A stretch of 64,000 bases of DNA from Octopus sinensis (Eukaryota), in assembly GCF_006345805.1 (NCBI RefSeq), contig NC_043006.1:57102001-57166000 (forward strand), in the 5' to 3' direction. Positions within the stretch are counted from its first letter, which is position 1. Each line of letters begins with the position of its first letter. A model generated the notes under the pieces. That model saw nothing but the letters and a program-made list of their open reading frames with translations. It did not search any database and was not told where the DNA came from. Positions 50,587-61,110 of this stretch are shown here, in pieces. The translations under genes and the position numbers were made by a program.

Positions 50587-53500
50587 TACATCCAGTAAAA
50601 GGAGTATTCCTGCTGTATATAGTATATATTAGCCAATAACTGCAGAGGTGCTTTGAAATGCATATCATAAGTTGTTATGCAGATAACATTAACTGAACCT
50701 ATTTACTGCTAGATAATATTTAAATCTCGTTTAGTCCAAGATACAAGATGTCAAACCTTTTGTTCATCAAGCAAATACTCTATAAATTCAGCCAGTTGTA
50801 TGTATTTCATTATATGCATTTCCTTAAAAACTAACATTAACTACAACACTATCTTGCTTCAGCAATCACCAAGTAATATTTACCACAGCATAAACATTAT
50901 CTCCAGAAAACTAAACTAAAACAAACCACTTTTACTTAACCTAATTCTAACATCTGAAAATGGACATTAAGATAACCTAATTGCTCACAAATAAATCTTG
51001 TGATAGTGCCAGAGAAGCATAGCAGTAGATCTATATTAAGATTTCCTTGAAAACTCACCTTTTCCAAGAAGCAAATAAATCCATATAGAAGCACACATGT
51101 ACAACTTTACTTGTAGGCTCAAACATTTTAAAATATTGGTTGGTGAGAGAGAAAAATATACTTAATAAGTGCAGGTATAGCTGTGTGGTAAAAAGCTTGC
51201 TTCCTAACCACGTTTCCAGGTTCAGTCCCATTGAGTGGCACCTTGGGCAAGTGTCTTTTACTAAAACCTCAGGCTGACCAAAGTCTTGTTAGTGGATTTG
51301 GTAAACGGAAACTGAAAGACTGTCATATATATATATACACAAAATAATTAACAGAATGAGATAAAAATCCAAGGCTGTGAAAGATTTCAGAACATTTATA
51401 AAGAGAAGGTCTTACAGCTGTTCCCTGGATATTTTATATATCCCTTCATCAGAGACGGTGTGAGAAAATGGTTAAGCAATAGTTATTCTAGATAAGATAT
51501 GGAATGGAGAGTGAAGTGGAGGAATGAAAATAGATGTGAGATATGCAGGGATATATATGTACATATAAATTTGACATGGGCGATTCTTTCCTGTCTTGGG
51601 ATTCTCAGTCAAATGGCAGGGTGGAATTGCGCGAAAAATTACACAGATGTGTAGAATGATCCAGTGGTGATGCTGGGCTTTGTATTTTTACACAGCTCCC
51701 ATGGTTACTGAGATAATCAACTAAAATAATACTCTTGTGTTTATGAATGAGAAAGGAAGGGGTGATGTCATACTTGGTAGTGGGATGATGAAAATTGTAC
51801 GCTAAAAAATAAAGCAAACAGCGTTTCAACTCTGAATATATGTGTGTGTATGTAAAAGGGGGCGGTGTGTGAATGTGTGTGTGTGCATGTGCAATGGAAG
51901 TGGGATGGTTCATCTTTGTTCACTTAGTATTTGTGCTTATTTTTTGATTTGGTTGAATCTTGGTTGGTTTTTTTTTTAGTGGTCAGTTATTTTTTGTTTT
52001 GACAGAAAAAGTCATTCTAAAATTGTTTTTTTAATGTAAGCGTGCCCAAACAAGTTGAACGCTTACACAGAGCAGGTTTTACAGCCACATCATCCAAACT
52101 GACCAGGTGAAACCAGGCTTAGCTGCTAGTATATATATATATATATCATTAGTGTGTCATTGTGTCTATGTTTACCCCCCACCCATCACACCATGACAAC
52201 CAGTGTTGGTGTGTTTACATCCCCATAACTTAGTGACTGATAAAATAAGTACAAGGCTTAAAACAAATAAGTCCTGGGGTCAGTTTGTTCGACTAAAACC
52301 CTTCAAGGCAGTGCTCCAGCATGGCTGCAGTCAAGTAACTGAAACAAATAAAAGAACAAAAGAAAAAATCAAATAATGCCTTTTAGAGGAAAGAATCTGA
52401 TCTACTTCCTTTTCAATTCATATTTTCATGTATTTCTAACTAACTAGTACAATCCTGACAACAAACATTCTCCAAACTCCTTCATAAGCATACTTAGAAA
52501 TATAGTTTTCGTAACAGGCACAGGCATGGCCGTGTGATAAGAAGTTTACTTCCCAACTTCAAGGTCTTCTATTATAGCCCACATAAGGCTGACCTAAACT
52601 TTGAGTGGATTTCGTAGAGAGAAATTGAAAAAAAGTCCGTAATGTGTGCGTGCGTGTTAGTCCCCTTGTCTTAAATGTCTGTCATGCAAGCAGTGTCCTT
52701 CATTTCCAGTCTTCTGTGAAAATATGTCTAGCAATGGGGGAATATTACCTTATTTGGAAACAAGTGAAGGTTGGCAACAGGAAAGGCATCCAGCCCCAAC
52801 GGATTGTCTGACCCATGCAAACATGGAAAAATAATAACGAGGATGATGGTGATACAGACTATATGAATTAGTATTCTCCACCAGAGTTACAGGACTGCCC
52901 TGGACTCTCTTATTTCAATAGATAGGTTTAACAGCAAAGTTCTATGATAACAAAAAGAAACTACAACCATTCCCATTAGTATTTAACATTTTTTTTTACT
53001 GTCATGGTCAGAAAGGTCAAACTGACAGCCTTGTTTCTAACTGGGAGTTGAGAGACTAAGATTATTTTTCTTTCATTATGCAAAACAATTCAATTGTCAT
53101 TACTTAAATTTTTTTTTTTTCAGCAACTGATTAACATTTATCTTTTACTTGTTTCAGTCATTAGACTGTGGCCATGCTTTGAAGAATTCTAATCAAATGA
53201 ATAGACTTAAGAACATTTTCTTTTCAAGCCTGCTATCAATCTCCTTTGCTTAACCACTAAGTTATGGGGATGTAAACACACCAACACACACACAACAGGC
53301 TTCTTTCAGTTTCTGTCTACCAAATCCACTCACAAAGCTATAGTAGAAGACACTTGCCATAGGTGCCACTCAGTGGGACTGAACCCAGTACCATGTGATT
53401 GGGAAGCAAGCTTCTTACCACAAAGCCATGCCTGCACCTATATCATCATCATTATAACCATTTTAATATCTCTTGTTCATAAAGCAGTGAGCTGACAGAA

Positions 53501-54431
53501 TCAAATGTTCAGTGGCATTTCGTCTAGCTTTGCATTCTGAGTTCAAATTCAACTGAGGTCAACTTCGTCTTCTATCTTTTTGGAATCAATAAAACAAGTA
53601 CCAGATGAGCACTGGGCTCGATGTAATCAACTTTCCCTCTCCCACTGAAACTGCTAGCCTCAAGTCAAAATTTGAAACCAATATTGGCCATCCATTCATT
53701 TATTAACTGTTGTTACTTAGCCCCAACATCAATTCTGATCTAACAAACTGGTGATTGAGAGAATTCCAGATACAAGTAGACCACTTTTTGGAGCTGCAGT
53801 CATCACATACTCTTCCTTACCTTCTCTTTAACATATAATTACTATCCTTCAACACCTGTTCATCATTCATTATATTCACCCCCATTACCTACCTTTCACT
53901 CTCCCCATACACACAAACTCTACCCATGTACACTCCATTCTGTCCCCATTCCTATTCACTTTGTACTTTCATGGTCCGCTCCGACACCTCATCATCCCTA
54001 TTTCACCTCTTTTCCAGCTCACCTCTGTTACTTCCAAACACACTCCTATAATGTAACTATGTACCTCCTCAACAGCAAGAACCATGTTCTGTTCTGGCCC
54101 TTTCTTTCAAACTGTAACCTCTCATTTCTTAGCATAAAGCTACTGCCTTCCTTACTGTAGCGCTATTCTGTCAAAGAAGATATTAGTCTTGTCAGCAGCA
54201 TGGCAACCCCATGCTGGTGCCATGAAAATGACACTCAATACATTTTTGATGCGTTTGGCATGAAGAAGGGCTTCCAGCCATTGAAACTATTATGAAGCAG
54301 ACTTTGGAGTACATTGTGATACTCATATCTGTCACATCATGTTAAACTGTCCAACCCATGCCAGCATCAGACATGGACACTAAAAGATGAATAAATGAAA
54401 GGATGAAGATTTTATATATATATATATAAAA

Positions 54432-54644
54432 TGGCCATTCGCCAGCCTCGTCTGGCACCTGTGTCGGTGGCACGTAAAAAGCACCCACTACACTCACGGA
54501 GTGGTTGGTGTTAGGAAGGGCATCCAGCTGTAGAAACACTGCCAGATCTGACTGGCCTGGTGCAGCCTTCGGGCTTCCCAGACCCCAGTTGAACCGTCCA
54601 ACCCATGCTAGCATGGAAAGCGGACGTTAAACGATGATGATGAT
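54432..54644 (+). mobile_element. Young short RTE 3' end copy
   Basis: Matches 61180-61390. Follows (TA)n and ends aaacgatgatgatgat. Confidence 0.9.
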
Positions 54645-54711
54645 ATATAAATATGGATAATACCATACCAAATTCTGGTGCCTTTAACTTAAGTACCATA
54701 TTCAACTGAAT

Positions 54712-54842
<131 letters not shown>

Positions 54843-55499
54843 AATGACAGTTTGTTTTTTTTCCCCACTATCTTTCTAAGTCCACTCAGATGGCTTGGGT
54901 CAACCAGGGGCTATAGTAGAAGACACTTGCCCAAGGTCCCCTGCAGTGGTACATCGTTGGGAAGCAAACTTCACAATCACACAGTGATGCCGTTGCGTCA
55001 AAATTTCCCTCTAGTTGCTAAGAAGATAAAAAAAAATAAGTATCCCTCAAATATGGAGTTAATATAATTGGCTATATTTTCCTTCATAATTTGTGGCCTT
55101 GTGCCAATTTTAAAAATAGTGATTCAATTATCTCATTTTCTATTTCTTAGAATGATTTTCCGGAGAAGGAAATCGCCTGTAGGCTAAAAATGAAGATATA
55201 GATCAAGTTATTTAGCCCTCGGCAGCCCTGATTCAGATCTCTGATCAAAAAGTTTTCAATTGTAACTAGACTATCAGTTTTTATCTATGTACCGTGTACA
55301 CCAGACTACACTGCCTAATATGTCCTTCCCATTTGTACTTCAGTAGCATGTGGTTTGCGGAACATTCAGCTACTGTTTCTAACTAAATAAGCAACCACAT
55401 TAGATTGATTTTGATCAAATAAAATAATTTGTATTTGCCTGGTTGAGTAGAAGGATCTGTACCCATATCTTTCACTGGCCCCCTAAGACCAGCAACACA

Positions 55500-56100
55500 C
55501 ATTGATAATATTCCTCTTAAATGGTCACAAATAGTTGACTGCAAATGAAATATGTGCAGGAAAGGAGTTCTGGGGAGGTAGTTGGAGAGCCCTTAATGGA
55601 GAGTGAGTATTTAAATGATATAGATAATTAAAGAGAAGCAAATTGCGAGTGCATAAGTGGGGGTAGCAAATTAGGAATGCATAAGCGAGACCAGCTGGCC
55701 AATTCTCAAAATCAGAGGCCACAGTAATATTGGCAGATAAGGCAACACGTCAAGTAGGCCATAAGTTGGAATGTGATAGTGAGGAACTTCATACCAGTCG
55801 GTCAAATAGCCTTTCTTTGAATGCAGTGTAAGATATCTGGGAGTGTATGTAGTATATGTAGTCCTAGTTATAAGACTAGTACTCCATTTCAAGTTAACCT
55901 GAGCTTTGTAGAGGATCAATAGTTGTTAAGAATCTGAAATATTTTCTAGTCCTTATGTGGAAGGCTAAGTTTTGTAATGCAGTGTTTTTTAAAGTGTGTT
56001 CACCAGAAGAGATCCTCACTGATGGTGAGATCTAGCATTTGTAGCAACTTCAAGGGTTCTAATCGCATGCTGCTTATATTTGGGATGATGGGGAGTAAGG
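55500..56100 (-). mobile_element. Old CR1/Jockey-like LINE remnant
   Basis: The minus strand reads ILYKAQVNLKWSTS, a decayed LYKAQVRPxLEY motif. A similar remnant lies at about 62450-63000. Confidence 0.55.
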
Positions 56101-57413
56101 TTTTATTGATATGTGTAGTGATTTTTATCTTTTTTTTTTAAGCATGGTTCTTATTCTATCTCCTTTACTGAACTGCTAAGTTATGGGGATGTAAACACAC
56201 ACACACACATATATATAAATATATATACACAATGGGCTTGTTTCAGTTTCTATCTACCAAATCCACTCACAAAGCTTTGGTCAGCCCGAAACTATAGTAG
56301 AAGACACTTGCCCAAAGTGCCACGCAGTGGGACTGAACCCGGAACCATGTGGTTGGAAAGCAAGCTACTTTCCACACAACTTTGTGTGCCTATACCATTG
56401 AAGAACAAATCAAGATTGGCAAGGCCTCATTGGAAGATATGAAATCTCTGTTCATAAAGCCAGTGCTGGTTTGTCGTAAGGTATGTAGGATGCATATTGG
56501 TTGCTGCCATCACCTCCCACATGTTGGAAGTGACTGTGTAAGGATAGAAGCTAGCAGAGCCAAAGAGGCTGCTTTTCTTGAGAACAAGACACGCTCTATT
56601 CTGTTTCCAAAAGAGCTTAGTACAATTGATGATGATTATGAAGAGAAGGAGGCCTAATGACAGAAGGGATATCGATACTGATGTATTTCTAATGTGAATG
56701 TAATATTCTGGTGTTTAGTTTTAAGTCAGAATTGATCAAATAGACCTAAGACCATCTTTTTTTTTTATTTTTCATTTTTTTTTTTAGATAGCCTATCTTA
56801 GACTATCTATAGAATTAGGAAACAGCAGTGAAAGGTGACTTCAAGAAGTTGAACCTTATGAAAGCAGTAACAAAGGACAGTATAAGTAGCAAGATGCTAT
56901 GCAGAAAAAGGCCCTTCGAACCCATGCAAAGGTGGAAAAATGTATGTAAAATGATAATATCTAGGACTATATTATCACCTGCATCCTTACTAAGGAGTGT
57001 TTAAAGTTACTAAGTACCTCAAGTTCACAGCACAAAGAGTTTCAGCTATTACAAAATGTGTGCAGTGATTGAAGCAATATACGAAAGGATGCAAAGAATA
57101 GAGAATTCATGATGCATAAAGTGGGTTTAGACAGAGGGCCAGCTTGTTATAGTCGTAATAGAATGCAGAGACAAAGAGGAAAGTGGGTGAGATAGTAAAT
57201 ACTCATGTACTAGAACCACTAAGTCAGCAAAATAGTCTTCATTTTTGGGCAATGCTATCAAGGGTATTCACATATATAGTAGTTGTATTGTCCAAGATTT
57301 CTGAGCAGCAGTCTTTCGATCATAAACATTGGGGACTCATTGAGTTATGTGCCATTATTACACAGTGGGATAAATATTTGAAAGCCAATCTTTTCTGAAC
57401 TTTATTCTATTTT

Positions 57414-57675
57414 GGGGTCATTCCAAAAAGCTCTACCTGCGACGATTTCATCTCAATCGAAGGAGAGGAGCTTTCTCCGTCCGGGTTGCGGATCCGTGGA
57501 ACAAGCTGCCAGACGAGATGGTGAAGATGCCGACGACCGCTTTGTTCAAAGCCTCCCTGGACCTTAAGTGGCCTGAACTCTTTACATGAACACCACCCTG
57601 TACTTAACTCCATGTCCCCCTACATGGCCTTGCTATTTGCTTTTGAGCCAAATTAACTAACTAACTAACTAACTA
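57414..57675 (+). mobile_element. Young CR1-clade LINE 3' end with (TAAC)n tail
   Basis: GHSKKLYLRRFHLNRRRGAFSVRVADPWNKLPDEMV...FKASLD is the RGH...FSxRV..WNxLP C-terminus of CR1 ORF2. CpGs are retained and the tail is (taac)n. Confidence 0.88.
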
Positions 57676-58098
57676 TTCATTCTAACTGCTTTATTTTTAA
57701 CTTTGGAGTGTAAATGATCATCTGCCAAATGTAACTGGCCCAAATAAAATCCCAGCCTTGTATTAAAAAAAGAGAAGAGGCCTCAATTCTAATACAGTTA
57801 TTGTCTCAAAGAAGTGCTTCCTAAGTGCATGGAAGAAGTCTACAGTTTGCTCAGTTTTCAAGAACTCCAGCAACAGTTTTTCTCCATCTCAACATAGGTC
57901 AATTATGGGAGTATTAAAAGTTAGTCTTAATAATTCGTTATTTTTATCTTACAGCATGATAATTATAAAATTATGTTAAATTCAGTTGAATATCAGTGTC
58001 AAAGTTTTTTGCAAGTCAGGATGTACTGCACAAGTAAAAATGATGGTGGGACAGTGATCTAAATAAATCTAGCTGTTTGCAAGTGATTTTACTCCTAC

Positions 58099-60579
58099 TG
58101 CAACACTAACTTCAGGAAACCAACAAGCCACCTGGTCACCTACCGATCGGGCCGGCATACTAGCCAAATCGACTACATCCTTGCCAGAAAAAGGGAAAGA
58201 TGGCTGCTTAAAAATGCCAAAACCTTCCCAGGCGAAGAATGCACCCCACAACATAGACTGGTAGTTAGTGACTTTAGGATCAGGACTAAGAGGGCGACTA
58301 GAAGACGACCAACATGGAGAAGAAGGGTCTGGAAGCTTAAAGCCCCTGCGAATGGACAGAGATTTAGAGATATGTTACTTGAAGCCTTTGACGAAGTGGA
58401 AGGGGGTATAGCTACACATGGGGTAGAAGACAACTGGACGTTTCTGAGGGACAACCTGCTGAAAGCCGCTGACCAGATTTGTGGCTGGTGCAAAGTCCCC
58501 TTAAGACCCAAAATAACGTGGTGGTGGAACAATATTGTTGACAGGGCTATTAGACAAAAGAAACAGGCTTGGAAGGCCTGGAAGAACGGTGGTAGCAGGG
58601 AAGGGTATCAGACTGCCAGAAGGGAAGCTAGGAGACAGGTCTATCTAGCCAGAGGGGAAGCAGATAAGAGAAAATTTGCCAATGTCCTGCGCCGTGAGGA
58701 TGAAAGACTTGAGGTATTTCGTGTTGCAAGACAGTGTGTGAGAGAGAATCGTGATGTGGTAGGAGAGAAATGTGTTCGCATGGAGGATGGTTCACTTGCG
58801 CTAAATGAGGATGCAAAGAGAGAAGCTTGGAGACGCCACTATGAAAGGTTACTGAATGAGGAAAATGAATGGGATAAAGAGAGTCTGCCGAATGTTGACC
58901 CTACAGAGGGACCAGCTATCCGAGTTGATAGTTCCGTGGTAGCTAAGGCAATTAGAAGCATGAAGACAGGGAAAGCCCCAGGCCCATCAGGAATTACTGC
59001 AGAGATGCTCAAAATATCTGGCAGTGTCGGCTATAACCTAGTCACCCGTATAGTCAACCAGGTGATACACGAAGGAGTCATACCCAATGACTGGTGCAGC
59101 AGCATACTAGTCAACTGCTACAAAGGTAAAGGTGATGCCCTAGATACAAATAATTACAGAGGTATCAAGCTGTTGGATCAAGTAATGAAGGTTACGGAGA
59201 GGGTCATAGCCCAACTAATTAGAGAGAGAGTTAGTTTAGATGAGATGCAGTTTGGGTTCGTGCCAGGAAAAAGTACCACTGATGCTATATTCCTGGTAAG
59301 GCAGCTGCAGGAGAAATACCTAGCCAAAGATAAGCCCCTGTACCTGGCTTTCGTTGACATGGAGAAAGCTTTTGATAGGGTCCCCCGATCCCTTATCTGG
59401 TGGTCAATGAGGAAACTAGGGATAGATGAATGGCTGGTGAGGACTGTGCAAGCCATGTACAGAGATGCCGTAAGTAAGGTTAGGGTTGGCAACATGTACA
59501 CAGAAGAATTCAAAGTAGAGGTTGGGGTCCACCAGGGTTCAGTACTCAGCCCCCTCCTATTTATCATAGTACTCCAGGCAATTACGGAGGAATTCAAGAC
59601 AGGCTGTCCCTGGGAGCTCCTCTACGCTGACGACCTTGCTCTTATTGCTGAGTCACTATCAGAACTGGAGGAGAAGTTCCAGGTGTGGAAGGAGGGTTTA
59701 GAATCAAGGGGCCTTAGAGTCAACCTAGCTAAAACCAAAGTACTAATAAGTAGAAAGGTAGACAATCCACAAATATCTTCAGGAAGATGGCCCTGCTCGA
59801 TCTGTAGAAAAGGTGTAGGTAGAAACTCTATAAGATGTACCCAGTGTAAGCTATGGACACATAAGAGGTGCAGCAATGTCAAAGGTAGGCTAACTGGGAA
59901 GATAGTTTTTGTATGTGGCAGATGCTCGGGAGCATTAACCTCCGAAAATCTGCAGAAAACAACTTCCGTCACTTTCCAGGGGGAAAAACTAGAAGTAGTT
60001 GATAGCTTCCGTTATCTAGGTGACCAAGTCAGTAGTGGGGGTGGGTGCGCTGAAAGTGTAACTGCTAGAATAAGAATAGCCTGGGCAAAGTTTAGGGAGC
60101 TCTTACCTCTGCTGGTGACTAAAGGCCTCTCGCTCAGAGTAAAAGGCAGACTGTATGATGCGTGTGTACGAACAGCCATGCTACATGGCAGTGAAACATG
60201 GGCCGTGACTGCTGAGGACATGCGTAAGCTCGTGAGGAATGAAGCCAGTATGCTCCGATGGATGTGTAATGTCAGTGTACATACTCGACAGAGCGTTAGC
60301 ACCTTGAGAGAAATGTTGTACCTAAGAAGCATCAGTTGTGGTGTGCAAGAGAGACGATTGCGCTGGTATGGTCATGTGGCGAGAATGGATGAAGATAGGT
60401 GTGTGAGAAAGTGCCAATCCCTAGCAGTTGAGGGAACCCGTGGAAGAGGTAGACCCAGGAAAACCTGGGACGAGGTGGTGAAGCACGACCTTCGAACTTT
60501 AGGCCTCACTGAGGAAATGACCAGAGACCGAGACCTTTGGAAATATTCTGTACGTGAGAAGACCAGGCAGGACAAGTGA
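58099..60579 (+). CDS. RTE ORF: C-terminal end of AP endonuclease, reverse transcriptase and inserted PHD-type finger (5'-truncated, no native start)
   Basis: The frame is open from 58087 through the annotated 58372-60579 ORF. Upstream of the Met it reads CNTNFRKPTSHLVTYRSGRHTSQIDYIL (APE end). RT motifs include KAPGPSGI, NYRGIKLL, FVDMEKAFDRV, GVHQGSVLSP and LYADD (59623). A C4HC3 cluster lies at 59794-59925. Confidence 0.95.
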   Translation, partial: CNTNFRKPTSHLVTYRSGRHTSQIDYILARKRERWLLKNAKTFPGEECTPQHRLVVSDFRIRTKRATRRRPTWRRRVWKLKAPANGQRFRDMLLEAFDEVEGGIATHGVEDNWTFLRDNLLKAADQICGWCKVPLRPKITWWWNNIVDRAIRQKKQAWKAWKNGGSREGYQTARREARRQVYLARGEADKRKFANVLRREDERLEVFRVARQCVRENRDVVGEKCVRMEDGSLALNEDAKREAWRRHYERLLNEENEWDKESLPNVDPTEGPAIRVDSSVVAKAIRSMKTGKAPGPSGITAEMLKISGSVGYNLVTRIVNQVIHEGVIPNDWCSSILVNCYKGKGDALDTNNYRGIKLLDQVMKVTERVIAQLIRERVSLDEMQFGFVPGKSTTDAIFLVRQLQEKYLAKDKPLYLAFVDMEKAFDRVPRSLIWWSMRKLGIDEWLVRTVQAMYRDAVSKVRVGNMYTEEFKVEVGVHQGSVLSPLLFIIVLQAITEEFKTGCPWELLYADDLALIAESLSELEEKFQVWKEGLESRGLRVNLAKTKVLISRKVDNPQISSGRWPCSICRKGVGRNSIRCTQCKLWTHKRCSNVKGRLTGKIVFVCGRCSGALTSENLQKTTSVTFQGEKLEVVDSFRYLGDQVSSGGGCAESVTARIRIAWAKFRELLPLLVTKGLSLRVKGRLYDACVRTAMLHGSETWAVTAEDMRKLVRNEASMLRWMCNVSVHTRQSVSTLREMLYLRSISCGVQERRLRWYGHVARMDEDRCVRKCQSLAVEGTRGRGRPRKTWDEVVKHDLRTLGLTEEMTRDRDLWKYSVREKTRQDK

Positions 60580-60659
60580 GCCCAGCCCACTTATGAATGC
60601 CTTTCCTCCCTTGGACACAAAGACCGGTTGAGGCAAGCGAAGTCGATATAGAACCTCAT

Positions 60660-61110
60660 CCGACGACAGACACCCATCCCAACCCCCCATGCTTGCGAAG
60701 ACATGTTGGGGCAAGCGAAATCGAAATCGAATTGAACCAGCCAGGATCCCTGGCCTGGTGGTACGTAAAAAGCACTATCCGACTCGGGGCCGTGGCACGT
60801 AAAATACTCCAATGCGACCGTACGACAGGCACCCATGCCAACCCCCTTTGCTTGTGAAGACATGTTGGGGCAAGCGAAATCGAAATCGAATTGAACCAGC
60901 CAGGATCCCTGGTCTGGTGGTACGTAAAAAGCACTATCCGACTCGTGGCCGTGGCACGTAAAATACTCCAATGCGACCGTACGACAGGCACCCTTGCCAA
61001 CCCCCTTTGCTTGTGAAGACATGTTGGGGCAAGCGAAATCGAAATCGAATTGAACCAGCCAGGATCCCTGGTCTGGTGGTACGTAAAAAGCACTATCCGA
61101 CTCGTGGCCG
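60660..61110. repeat. 159-bp tandem repeat (about 2.6-2.8 copies) in the RTE 3' UTR
   Basis: gcttg(c/t)gaagacatgttggggcaagcgaaatcgaaatcgaattgaacc recurs at 60691, 60850 and 61009. It explains the repetitive ORFs at 60591-61357. Confidence 0.93.

Noticed and set aside
60660-61110. Regular repeats that could suggest a CRISPR-like array
   Set aside because: The whole 159-bp unit is repeated with no unique spacers, the context is eukaryotic, and there are no cas genes.
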